From Eledone cirrhosa (lineage: Eukaryota), in NCBI GenBank assembly GCA_964016885.1, contig OZ024747.1:43152001-43216000 (forward strand): a stretch of DNA of 64,000 nucleotides, read 5' to 3'. Of the stretch, positions 14,555 through 28,478 are shown in pieces (positions within the stretch are counted from its first letter, which is position 1; each line of letters opens with the position of its first letter). A program made the position numbers and the translations under genes. Below the pieces are notes generated by a model. It had not been told where the DNA came from. It saw only the letters and a list, made by a program, of their open reading frames with translations, and searched no databases.

Positions 14555-14619
14555 TACATGAATGAATATATTTATATATATATACATATATATATATATA
14601 TTACATGAATGAATATATT

Positions 14620-14652
<33 letters not shown>

Positions 14653-14670
14653 TACATGAATGAATATATT

Positions 14671-14703
<33 letters not shown>

Positions 14704-14730
14704 TACATGAATGAATATATTTATATATAT
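14370..14730. repeat. AT-rich ~45-50 bp minisatellite
   Basis: TTACATGAATGAATATATT(TA)n is repeated ~8 times. Confidence 0.85.
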
Positions 14731-15260
14731 AGGGCAATAAAGATAGACGGTAGCCACGGAATAGGCAGACCCAGAAAAACCTGGGACGAGCTGATAAACA
14801 CCGACCTCACACACTTACACCTCACCAAGACAATGTCACTGGACCGAGACCTTTGGCGGTACTCAGTAATAGAGAAGACCCGCCTTGCCAGTAGGCATCT
14901 CTAACAAAATACACCCCGTCCCACCACCACAACCCCCACCCCATCCACACCACCCCGTTCTATGTAAAGTTATGTTGGTGCCGCGCCATCCAGGCCGAAA
15001 CAAATGAGATCGTGTAGGTGTCACGACAAAAAAACACACAGTCCACGCTGTAATGTGGCCGTGTAGGCAACACGGTAAAAACCTCCCAGACCCACACTGT
15101 AAATGTGGTTGGTGTTAGGAAGGGCATCCAACTGTAGAAAACCTGCCAGACAGTCCTATGCGAGCAAGAAAATCACTCTTGCCTCAAGTGGGACTACCCC
15201 CGTCCAAACCCATGCAAGCGTGGAACACGGATGTTAAACGTTGATGATGATGATGATGAT
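14731..15260 (+). mobile_element. RTE-clade LINE 3' end (ORF terminus + 3' UTR + (GAT)n tail)
   Basis: [17 protein letters not shown]...DRDLWRYSVIEKTR, then a UTR containing ~48-bp CACTGTAA units and GGTGTTAGGAAGGGCATCC, ending GTTAAACGTTGATGATGAT. Confidence 0.85.
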
Positions 15261-15454
15261 GCTCGCAAGTGTTTTTTAAGCTTCATATCATGTTTCCCTA
15301 TTTTATCTGATGAGAACGCAAATATCATCCCATGATGATATTTGTTTTTGAAATGCGCATAATAAAATACATGGAACTCTTTTAACCATCTTTTGATCTT
15401 ATATTATATATATATATATTTATATATATATATTTTTTTAGTTATGTAATAAAC

Positions 15455-15790
15455 AACATAAGATAATTATTTCATTTACCAGTGGTTTCTTGAAAGCAAC
15501 CAAAATTGCTTTCATTCATCAGAATGAAAAAATCCTGGTGTATTTACTGACAGTAGATTTGAAAAACAAAAATATAACAGATATGAAAGTGAGGCTGGAG
15601 GAAATAAAAGGGAGGGGGGAGAATAATAAATAATAAAAAGCCTCCAGCCTCACTTTCATATCTGTTATATTTTTGTTTTTCAAATCCACTATCAATAAAG
15701 ACTAGGATTTTTTTCATTCTGATGAATGAAAGCAATTTTGGTTGCTTTCAAGAAACCACTGGTAAATGAAATAATTATCTTATGTTGTAT
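15455..15790. repeat. Long hairpin (~145-bp arms, ~40-bp loop)
   Basis: ACAACATAAGATAATTATTTCATTTACCAGTGG...GTGAGGCTGGAGG is mirrored by CCTCCAGCCTCAC...CCACTGGTAAATGAAATAATTATCTTATGTTGT. Confidence 0.9.
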
Positions 15791-15898
15791 TAAACGCATG
15801 CGCAAAGAAGACAAAATAAAATAAACAAATAAATAAATATATAAACAGACTAAATAAAGATGGCGTAGAAAATACAATGCAACGGGAGGAAACAATAG

Positions 15899-15942
15899 CA
15901 CCACTGACGATGTTGCAGATGTGCAACGAAAGAACTTTGATA
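15899..15942 (+). ncRNA. Minimal type I hammerhead ribozyme motif (stem I degenerate)
   Basis: CACCA-CTGACGA-T-GTTGCA gatg TGCAAC-GAAA-G aa C-TT-TGATA. Confidence 0.65.
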
Positions 15943-16143
15943 AACTATATATATGTGTTTGTGTCTATATTGTAGCTGTATTTTTTACCGTTGGTCAGTC
16001 AATGGCAACATTGAGGACCGAATAAATTAGATTACCGATATAGAAGACACAGAAGTGAAAAGCGAAAACCAACCAAACAGTGAATGTGTTCTGTTATTAA
16101 TTCTGGCAATATTACACAAATATGATCCTCCCCAAGTATAACA

Positions 16144-16174
<31 letters not shown>

Positions 16175-16242
16175 TATACATATATATATACATACCAACA
16201 TACCACCACCTAAGATGCATGCTGCCACTTCTCTTGTTCATA

Positions 16243-16430
16243 CGGTAGATTGGCAGTATTGGTAGAGGGTTGGGCGCCATGCTTTGCAGCAAAGAGTTAC
16301 GGCCCTTTATGGTCTGAGTTCAAATCCCACCAAGGTTAACTTTGCCTTTCATCCTTATGGGGTCGATAAAATAAAGTACCAGTAATGTACTGGTTAATTG
16401 CTGGCCTTGTGCCAAAAGTAGAAACAATTA
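16243..16430 (+). mobile_element. tRNA-derived SINE (family B)
   Basis: TGGCAGTATTGGTAGAG...GAGTTCAAATCCC, then a conserved central AACTTTGCCTTTCATCCTTATGGGGTCGATAAAATAAAGTACCAG resembling Meta/Nin-type SINE domains. At least 6 other copies occur in the window. Confidence 0.8.
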
Positions 16431-16439
16431 TTTACATGT

Positions 16440-17450
16440 ACAGGATTTGACATGCGCGGCTGGGTTGGAAGTGGTATCATGACTGGCAGGTGTAAAATCA
16501 GTTGGCTGGCATTTGCAGACGACATTATGTTACTTAACTCTACAGAAGATGATCTTCAACTTGCACTAAATAGGTTTGATACCGAGTGCTGCATGGCTAG
16601 AATGAAAATCAGTGCTGTAAAAACTGAGACACTCATTCCCTGAAGGAACCCTATGCAGTTCACTCTACATGTGAATGGAGTTCCACCGTAGCAGGTAGAG
16701 AATTTCAGGTATTTTGGAACGGTGTTCCCTAGTCATGGAAGGCATGATGCTGAATTAAGTGCAAGAATTGTAGGAGTTAGTGCAGTAATCTGCCAGCTTC
16801 CACATTCAGCAGTCAGAAGAAGGGAGGTACAGGGCCGTCTTAACGCATGGGCATGCTGGGCAGTTGCCCGGGGCCCCCACAAGGATAGGGGGCCCATTTG
16901 TGTTTTTATTCCTGTGAGTGGTTGTGTAGGTAGGGGCCCCAGGTCTCTGCTTTGCCCAGGGGCCTATAATGTTGTTAAGACGGCCCTGGGGAGGTAGGCG
17001 TAAAAGGCAAACTCGCTATCTTCAATTCGATATTCTTATCTATGGTCATGAATCTTGGGTAATGACCAAAAGAATAAGATCACAAGTACAAGTGACCAAA
17101 ATAGGATTCCACCGAAGGATCTTTGGATTAACGTTACTCGATAAAGTGTGTAACTCGGAGATCAGGGAGTCACTCCAGGTAGAGCCACTACTTGTCTGAA
17201 TTGAGAGATCACAGCTCTGTTATTATGGGCATGGGGTTATAATGTCTCAGGAAAGAATCACTGGGCAGATGATTTTATGGGGAAAACCAACTGGCAGGAG
17301 ATCCAGGGGTAGACACTGAGCAAGGTGATTGGATAACATCCATGAGCTTGGCTGGGATGCTTGGTGATTTAGCCGGATCAGTTGGAGACAGTGTTTTGAG
17401 GACTCTGCCCCAATGAACCTCTCAGGAAGAAGTGGGCGAAGAAGAAGAAA
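16440..17450 (+). pseudogene. RTE-like LINE reverse-transcriptase remnant with (GAA)n tail
   Basis: LAFADDIMLL...LQLALNRF...MKISAVKTE and ILIYGHESW...RRIFGLTLLDKV.NSEIRE.L.VEPL. Multiple stop codons. Confidence 0.85.
16830..16988. mobile_element. hAT-type MITE (159 bp) inserted in the RTE remnant
   Basis: Perfect 15-bp TIR CAGGGCCGTCTTAAC/GTTAAGACGGCCCTG and an 8-bp TSD GGGAGGTA at 16822-16829 and 16989-16996. Confidence 0.92.
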
Positions 17451-17453
17451 GTG

Positions 17454-17525
<72 letters not shown>

Positions 17526-17531
17526 TACATA

Positions 17532-17571
<40 letters not shown>

Positions 17572-17650
17572 CATATATATACATATATATATACATATAT
17601 ATATACATATATATATACATATATACACACATATATACACACACACATAT

Positions 17651-17697
<47 letters not shown>

Positions 17698-17698
17698 C

Positions 17699-17741
<43 letters not shown>

Positions 17742-18327
17742 TATATACATTTATACATATACATATATATATACATATATATACATATATATACATACAT
17801 ATACCCATACTGACACACACACTTTTATCCATTTATTCATTTATAACTCAGATTCATAGAAATGGACAGAAATACAGAATACAAAGAATTGTACACACAT
17901 ACATACACACACACACACACATACCCATACACATGCACACACAGAAGTGCAGTAATTCCCATTTCACCTATTCCACACTTAGCCATCTTGCCACCAAGCC
18001 ATTCATCAACCCCATCCCACCCACCAGAAATCAATAAATAGCCTGTTTTCTAATGACAATTGATGATCAGTATGCTTCTCTCTCAGCAATCTATCAGAGG
18101 GCACTGTCAAATATTTAATGCTAAGCCTGATATAAGAATAGCTCTGACAAACAAATAAATAAATAAGCATCGGTATGGCTATGTTGTTAAGGTGTTTCCT
18201 TTGCAACTAGTATGGTCTGAGTTCAGTCCTGCTGTGCTGCAGCTTGGACAAGAGTCTGCTACTATAGCCTCAGTTTTACAAACACCTTGTGAGTGGAATT
18301 TGATGGATGGAGATTGCTGAAGCCTGT

Positions 18328-18358
<31 letters not shown>

Positions 18359-18371
18359 ACACATATATAAT

Positions 18372-18752
18372 ATCATCATCATGATCATCATTTTACGTCT
18401 GCTTTTCCCTGCTTGCAAGGGTGGGATGGGAACTGATTCTGGCTTGATTTCTACAGCTGGATGCCCTTCCTAACACCAACCTCATTTACAGTGAGTACTG
18501 GGTGCTTTTTTGCCGTGGCACCTCCACTTCCACTTTACAGTGTGGGATGGGTGCTTTTTTGCCGTGGCACCTCTACGGCCATGTTACAGTAGAATGATAG
18601 GGACCCCAGGCCTATCATCTCATTTCTACAGCTGAGTAAACTGGAGCAATGTGAAATAAAGTGTCTTGACAAGGAAACAACACATCACCCGGTCTGAGAA
18701 TTGAAATCACAACCTTTTGATTGCAAGGCCAATGCTCTAACCACTAAGCCAT
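18372..18752 (-). mobile_element. tRNA-derived SINE family A
   Basis: Reverse complement of the 5273 element, with one additional internal ~48-bp unit. Confidence 0.9.
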
Positions 18753-18766
18753 AATTTCTCATTCTT

Positions 18767-18802
18767 TCTTCTGAAGAAGGACTAGCATCCGAAACGTTAA
18801 GA
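18767..18802 (+). ncRNA. Minimal type I hammerhead ribozyme motif with palindromic stem III
   Basis: TCTT-CTGAAGA-A-GGA ctagca TCC-GAAA-C-GT-T-AAGA. A related copy lies at 34792-34827. Confidence 0.7.
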
Positions 18803-18970
18803 TCCTCTTCTTGTTATTTCAAACATTAAACTAATATATTCTTTCCATATACTGTACCGAATGTGTTGTTATTTCTGTTTACTTTTTGTACACACACACA
18901 TTTATACAGACGAAAAAGCCACATATTCTCGCCTGTTTTCAAAGTCCAGCCATTGTAAGAGTGGGAGGGG

Positions 18971-19016
18971 GTCGTGCTGATGAAAACCAGTTCAGTTTGA
19001 AATGACCATCCACTAT
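18971..19016 (+). ncRNA. Candidate hammerhead motif
   Basis: GTG-CTGATGA-AAAC cagttca GTTT-GAAA-T gacc A-TC-CAC. All stems are short. Confidence 0.45.
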
Positions 19017-19187
19017 TGTCCCCCTTGCTTCTGCTAGACACTGCCAGACAACGTTAGTCGCTGGTGTTTTGACATAGCTACGGCTCTCTAAATATTTATT
19101 TCAAACATACCATATTTCTTCAGAAATATGAAATTCCATTACATATCTGTCTACAACTATGCCTGAAGCTAAATTGTATTCTCTCTC

Positions 19188-19242
<55 letters not shown>

Positions 19243-19246
<4 letters not shown>

Positions 19247-19412
19247 ACTGTAAATGTGGTTGGTGTTAGGAAGTGCATCCAGCCGTAGAAAACCTTGCAG
19301 ATAGTCCTATAAGAGCGAGACACGGTCACCCGACCAGCCTTGCCTCAAGTGGGACAACTCCCGTCTAACCCATGCTAGCGTGGAAAATGGACGTTAAACG
19401 AAGATGATGATG
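19243..19412 (+). mobile_element. RTE/SINE 3'-tail fragment
   Basis: CACTGTAAATGTGGTTGGTGTTAGGAAG...GGACGTTAAACGAAGATGATG. Confidence 0.8.
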
Positions 19413-19939
19413 ATAAACACATATATATATATATATATATATGTAGCAAAATCTCTTTGCACATACTGATCTATGAATGACATCTGGTGGCTATTTCTCT
19501 TTATCTCGATTAGCGTCGGTAGTCTGGAGTGGCTGGCCCACTTGAGGTGAAGTGAGATAAGTTTTTCTTTGGGTCATTTGACTCTGGTTCCTTGGAAAAA
19601 AAGCATCACTTCGACCTGCTCAAGCAAGTAGTCTGATGTAGCACTTAGCAAAAATCTCTGGCCCTTTCCAGATGGGCCTGACAGCAATTCTTCTATTAAC
19701 ACTTCAACTACACAGTCATCTGCCTCTTCATATAAACAACACAGCTCACTTGCCACTCTGAGCTTACTACTATCGCAGTAACACTGTCTAACTACAACTT
19801 GTCACTTTGTGAACATATTAAACAAAGATCCACCAGCACAACACCAAAAATACTTCACTACATATATATATATATACCGATTGTGTTGTTATTTCTGTTT
19901 ACCTTTTACATACATCTATATATATATATATATATATAT

Positions 19940-20051
19940 AGGAACAAGTAGGACCCCGACGGCTGAGCTCAAGCCGTTTCGACGGCTAATTCTGGACTGA
20001 ATTAGCCGTTGAAACGGCTTGAGCTCAGCCGTCGGGGTCCTACTGGTTCCT
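19940..20051. repeat. Near-perfect palindrome (~53-bp arms)
   Basis: AGGAACAAGTAGGACCCCGACGGCTGAGCTCAAGCCGTTTCGACGGCTAATTC and its reverse complement. Related to 33750-33860. Confidence 0.9.
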
Positions 20052-20090
20052 TACCATATTTCCTTCGTTATATATATATATATATATATA

Positions 20091-20429
20091 TAGTGGAGCC
20101 TCGGTTCAAGAACGCCTCTCATCATGAACAAATCGCTTTACAAACAATTTATCTGACCATAAAATGTCTCAGTTCATGAACAGTGTCTGTAGTAATGAAC
20201 ATGCAAGCCGGCAACAATGGTAAGCAGCAAGCTTGGAGTTTCAGTGGGAAAGCATCACTTGCTGTGTAGTTAGTTGCTATGGTGATATCTATCTGTCTTT
20301 CATACACAGTCTCTCCCTTTTGCTGTATTTCTCTCTCAACATTTTGTATGGGAAATGGTTTACAAACATTTTAGGTGACGAACAGCCTTCAGGAACAAAT
20401 TAACTTAACGGACTGAGGTTCCATTGTAT
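20091..20429. mobile_element. Tigger/pogo-type MITE
   Basis: Termini are TAGTGGAGCCTCGGTTC ... GGACTGAGGTTCCATTG, embedded in (TA)n. Confidence 0.7.
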
Positions 20430-20441
20430 ATATATATATAT

Positions 20442-20786
20442 GGAGGCACATGGCTTAGTGGTTAGAGCATTGGCCTTGCAATCGAAAGGTTGTGAGTTCA
20501 ATTCTCAGACTGGGTGATGTGTTGTTTCCTTGAGCAAGACACTTTATTTCACATTGCTCCAGTTTACTCAGCTGTAGAAATGAGATGATAGGGACTGGGG
20601 TCTCTATCATTCCACTGTAAAGTAGTCGTGGAGGTGCCACGGCAAAAAAGCACCCAGCACTCACTGTAAATGAGGTTGGTGTTAGGAAGGGCATCCAGCT
20701 GTAGAAATCAAGCCAGAATCAGTTCCCGTCCCACCCTTGCAAGCAGGGAAAAGCGGACGTAACATGATGATGATGATGATGATGAT
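20442..20786 (+). mobile_element. tRNA-derived SINE family A
   Basis: Near-identical to 5273-5620. Confidence 0.9.
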
Positions 20787-21059
20787 ATATACATATCAAC
20801 ACTAATTCTACACACACATATATATATTTCTTTTATATATATATGGATAGATGAATATGAGTGTATATGTATTTATGTATATGTATGAATGTGTGTGTGT
20901 GCCTCTATTTACATTTGTGTCAGTGTTTATATGCTGTAACTTAGCAGTTCAACAAAAAGTGATTGATAAAATAAGTACTAGATTTGAAAAATATGTATTG
21001 AGGGTGATATGATTGACTAAATGAAGGTGATGCCACAGTCTAGACCATAGTCTAGTGTC

Positions 21060-22265
21060 TAAGACCAGTAAAAGAATAAAAGAATGTGGTGCTCCAGCAT
21101 GGCTGCAGTCAACTGACTGGAATCAATAAAAGAATAAAAGAATATGGTGCCCTAGCATGGCCACCATCTAATGTCTGAAACCAGTAAAAATAATTCTTTC
21201 TACCCTTGGCACAAGGCCAGCAATTATCCCAGTACATTATTGATGCTTTATTTTATTGACTCCATAAGGATGGAAGGGAAAGTTAACCTTGGCGGGGTTT
21301 GAACTCAGAATGTAAAGGGCCGTAACTCGATGCTGCAAAGGATGGCGTCCGATCCTCTATCGATTCTGCCAATGCACTGCCTTGAAACCAGTAAAAATAA
21401 TAGAAGAATGTAGTGCTCCAGCATGGCCACTCTCTAGTGACTGAAACCAGTAAACGACATAAAAGAATAAGGTGCCCCAGCATGTCCATAGTTTAATAAA
21501 TGAAACCAGTAAAAGAATATAAGAATGTGGAGCCTTAACATGGCCACAGTCTAATAATGGAAATAAAAGACTGTGGGGCCCCAGCATGGCCACAGTCTAA
21601 TGATGGAAATAAAAGACTGTGGGGCCCCAGCATGGCCACAGTCTAATGACTGAAATAAAAGACTGTGGTGCCCCAGCATGGCCACAGTCTAATGACTGAA
21701 ATAAAAGACTGTGGGGCCCCGGCATGGCCACAGTCTAATGATGGAAATAAAAGACTGTGGTGCCCCAGCATGGCCACAGTCTAATGATGGAAATAAAAGA
21801 ATGTGGTGCCCCAGCATGGCCACAGTCTAATGACTGAAATAAAAGAATGTGGTGCCCCAGCATGGCCACAGTCTAATGACTGAAATAAAAGAATGTGGTG
21901 AACCCAGCATGGCGACAGTCTAATGACTGAAATAAAAGAATGTGGTGCCCCAGCATGGCCACAGTCTAATGACTGAAATAAAAGAATGTGGTGCCCCAGC
22001 ATGGCCACAGTCTAATGACTGAAATAAAAGAATGTGGTGCCCCAGCATGGCCACAGTCTAATGACTGAAATAAAAGAATGTGGTGCCCCAGCATGGCAAC
22101 AGTCTAATGACTGAAATAAAAGAATGTGGTGCCCCATCATGGCCACAGTCTAATGACTGAAATAAAAGAATGTGGTGCCCCAGCATGGCCACAGTCTAAT
22201 GACTGAAATAAAAGACTGTGGTGCCCCAGCATGGCCACAGTCTAATGACTGAAACTAGTAAAAGA
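21060..22265. repeat. 46-bp minisatellite (homogeneous from ~21560; ~15 copies plus diverged leading copies)
   Basis: Unit GAAATAAAAGAATGTGGTGCCCCAGCATGGCCACAGTCTAATGACT. Confidence 0.95.
21192..21383 (-). mobile_element. SINE family B inserted within the 46-bp array
   Basis: Reverse complement of the 16243 family; it splits the GAAACCAGTAAAAATAAT unit. Confidence 0.75.
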
Positions 22266-22279
22266 GTAAAAATAAATAA

Positions 22280-22440
22280 TAATTGTTTCTACTTTTGGCA
22301 CAAGGCCAGTAATTACCCAGTGCATTACGGGTTCTTTGTTTTATCGACCCCGTAAGGATGAAAGGCAAAATTAACTTCGGCAGGATTTGAACTCATACCG
22401 TAAAGGGGCGTAACTCTATGCTGCAAAGCATAGCGTCTGA
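22280..22440 (-). mobile_element. SINE family B (5'-truncated)
   Basis: TTTATCGACCCCGTAAGGATGAAAGGCAAAATTAAC...GGATTTGAACTCA. Confidence 0.75.
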
Positions 22441-22694
22441 CTGCAATAAAATAAATAATAATGAAACTAATAATAAGAATCAGCTAAATTTCTTCCTATT
22501 TCATAGAAGTACTTCCACCACAGCAATTTGTACTGAGTAACCTTGAGACATAATCAGAGGCTTGATGGTGGGTTTGTGAGAGGAAAAATGTCTTTCTGTG
22601 AATCCAAAGGGAGACCACATGATCAGTTGTCTATGATTACAGTGTGACAAATAAGCTCTCCCGCCCACTCTCTGCTCCCAACACACACACACAC

Positions 22695-23170
22695 ACTCTC
22701 CGCTCTCTCTCCCACCCACTCTCCGCGCTCTCTCCCACCCACTCTCCGCGCTCTCTCCCACCCACTCTCCGCTCTCTCTCCCACCCACTCTCCGCTCACT
22801 CTCCCACCCACTCTCCGCTCTCTCTCCCACCCACTCTCCGCTCACTCTCCCACCCACTCTCCTCCGCTCTCTCTCCCACCCACTCTCCGCTCTCTCTCCC
22901 ACCCACTCTCCGCTCACTCTCCCACCCACTCTCCGCTCTCTCTCCCACCCACTCTCCGCTCTCTCTCCCACCCACTCTCCGCTCTCTCTCCCACCCACTC
23001 TCCCACCCACTCTCCGCTCTCTCTCCCACCCACTCTCCGCTCCCTCTCCCACCCACTCTCCGCTCTCTCTCCCACCCACTCTCTGCTCCCTCTCCCACCC
23101 ACTCTCCGCTCTCTCTCCCACCCACTCTCCGCTCCCTCTCCCACCCACTCTCCGCTCCCTCTCCCACCCC
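22695..23170. repeat. 24-bp pyrimidine-rich minisatellite
   Basis: CTCTCCCACCCACTCTCCGCTCTC is repeated ~19 times. Confidence 0.92.
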
Positions 23171-23374
23171 CTGCACCCACCCCCTGCACCCACCTCTCTT
23201 GTAATATTTCTCTACCTTTGTACTTCTTCAATCAATAGTGTTCTCTATAGCTTTAACTGGTGTTTAAAGTAAATGGCCGAAGCAGTGATAAAAACACGCC
23301 TGCTTCATTTGCTTGCTGCTTACAAACCACCATTATATGTGTACCTCCGAGACCTCTCCTCTCTCTACCCCACA

Positions 23375-23409
<35 letters not shown>

Positions 23410-23482
23410 CTCTTTTTCTCTCTCTCCCTCTCTATCTACTTACTTACCTACCTCCCTACTTACCTATCTACCTATCTGTCTA

Positions 23483-23516
<34 letters not shown>

Positions 23517-24276
23517 ACAACCATTCATTCATGCCTTCTTTTTCTTCACATATATGCATGTATCATCATCATCATCATCACTGTCATCATCATCATCATC
23601 AGCAGCACCATCATCATCATCATCATCATCAGCACCATCACCATCATCATCATCATCATCACCATCACCATCATCATCATCATCACCATCGCCATCATCA
23701 TCATTTAACGAACATTTTCCTTGCCATAAAAGAATGGATGGGTCTTCACAGACTGAGTCCGTTCTCAGGCATACCTATTGACTGCTAAGAAGGACTGAGA
23801 GCCTGTACCTCACCTACATATTGTGCTGCCCTCTACAGAGTGCAATTTATTGTGGTACCAATATTAAGGAGTTTGTCATGTCTGTGATACAACTGAAGGG
23901 GGCCCCCACCCAACCCTTGGTTAGGCAAGCTTTCTATGGCTGGAAGCCCTTCGTATCATCAACACTTTACAGTGAGTATTCAGTGGATTTATTGCATAGA
24001 TCAACAATACTAGAGAGGGTGTCATACCATTGGACACTACTGAGAGGTCCTCTTCACCCAGTTTCCCCAACAGAGCACCCTTTCTATCCCCTTACAGTGT
24101 GTGCTGCCTACACTGTAAGGTGGTCTTGTAGGTATCATGATAAAAAGCACCCAGTACACACTGTAAATGTGGTTGGCATGATAAAGGGCATCCAACTGTA
24201 GAAACCAAGCCAAAATGAGTTGTGAGTAAAACACAGTTCCTTAGCCTGATTGTCTAAACCAAAGTTGACATCAAAC

Positions 24277-26371
<2,095 letters not shown>

Positions 26372-26375
<4 letters not shown>

Positions 26376-26655
26376 CAGGTCACCAGTTGGTGCTACTGGT
26401 AACATGTATCCCAGTACAACCTGTCTCATGGTCGGGTCGTTGGCGACTAAACTGGCAACCCCACCAAGGTTTCTTGGTGAGGAGGGTGACTTTGGACATC
26501 CTGCAGGACTAAAAACAAAACCTGTCAAAGGGCAAAGGAGCTCTTAAGAGTCAATGGCCATCCAGAATCACCGGGAGAGATGACCCCTTAGCCTTTGTCA
26601 AGGCAGAATTCTAGGAGAAGGAAAACTCTGATATAACACCTGCAACCCTGATGGT
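26372..26655 (+). mobile_element. Probable LINE 5'-UTR fragment
   Basis: GC-richer segment with GGCAACC...AAACCTGTC and GGAGAAGGAAAACTCTGA motifs, recalled from RTE-type 5' UTRs. No ORF follows. Confidence 0.35.
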
Positions 26656-27304
26656 ATCCAATGATGTTGACTTGTTCTTCTTTTTGGTAAATATCATCTT
26701 GGTTAAGAGAGTGGGACTGGCTTTGTGCAGTGCCTTTGCTCACTATAAAAGCTTCACGGCACAGGCATTGCTTTATATCTGGAGATCTCTCTGCACTTGT
26801 CCTCACATGGTACCATGGGCCCAGCACTATGTGTCAATAATTGTCACAAGTGTAGTGTTTGTACCAGAGTTTTCAAGTCGCTGGCTGGACTAAAAAGTCA
26901 CACTCGTTCAGCGCTTCGGTAGGGGTTCTCCTACATGGATATAAAGTAGTGGCCGTACTCGAAAACGAGTTGGCAGCCACCATATATGTTTGTGTAAGTA
27001 TATATATATATATATATATATACTTACACACACATATATATATACATATACAAACACACACACACATATATATATACACACACACACACATATATATATA
27101 CATATATACACACACATATATATATATATATATATATGTACACACACACATATATATATATATATATACACCAACACATATATAGACACACATACACACA
27201 CATATATATATACACACATATATATATAGACACACTCACACACATAGATACATACAGACACACTCACACACATATAGATACACACACACACACACATGTA
27301 TAGT

Positions 27305-27336
<32 letters not shown>

Positions 27337-28478
27337 GACACACTCACACACATATACATACACACACACACATGTATAGTCACACACACACCTACTTCTC
27401 TCTTCCCCACCCCCAGAAACAGCAAAAAAATATGTGTCGAATACAAATATAAATAAATATATCAATCAATCAATCAAGCTATCAACTGATCAATTAATCA
27501 ATCAAATCAAAACAAGCCATTTTCATGAAGAAAAGATGGGAGTATAAGATGGGCGGGGCGGGGGTGGGGGATTAAAAAAAATTTTATTTATTTATTTTTT
27601 TACTACTAAAAAGGGGATCATCTCTTGAGATGTCAAGATTTTCTCATTTTCAGTTGTTCTTTTTTTGGTGAATAGGGTCCTGTCCCTTCACTTATTATCA
27701 TGAAATAAATTATAATGTTGTCAAATGCTAATACCCAAAGGAATGTTACCAACAACATTCAGCATTCTTCCTCCGACCCTCATCTATATCATCCCTTACC
27801 GATTTCAAATTTAATTCAATCTGTCGTAACACTTGTTCACTTTATGTCTATTTTCCATCAAATCAATTCCCCCCTCTCTCCCACCTGTCTTCTATCCATG
27901 TTCATCATTCAAGTTTTACTCCATTCTCTCCCCCACACCCATATGTTATATACATCTTATCTGGATTTGTTTTATTTTACCTGAATTATCATTTTTACTC
28001 TTCTATTTCTGTTGTTATTAATTCTTGTAATGATTTAGCAGAAAATATAATATCTAAAATATCTTTGTAAATTCGAATGTTTACATTATCTTTACTAGTA
28101 GAAAGATTGTAAAAATTTGCAATAAACTAATTGGTGAAAAGTTCAAGTGTCTGACACAAGCCAAAATGGTGTTCGGTGGAGTAAAGGACAAGATAAAACA
28201 ATATAGCAATTAAGCTATGATATGTACACATGGAATTTTATGTGATACCAGGGAGAAGGTATTGTATTTATATATATATATATATATATATAAATACAAT
28301 ACCTTCTCCCTGGTATCCTTTACTCCACCGAACACCGAACAGACATGATATGTCCCATGATATGTCCCAACATCATAAACACAGAGCTGATGAGGTCATA
28401 GCCATTCAATGGCTATCATAAAAATATATATAGCAGTAAATAAAGGATTATAAGTTCATGCAATTGACTTCTGTTTCG

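Larger units (their letters stand above)
13436..15410. mobile_element. Foldback element with ~200-bp inverted arms; right arm split by a nested insertion
   Basis: Left arm 13436-13640. Its reverse complement is found at 14036-14099 plus 15261-15410. Confidence 0.8.

Noticed and set aside
19480-19860. Possible exon or TE ORF (60 aa, minus strand)
   Set aside because: No recognisable motif or convincing splice sites.
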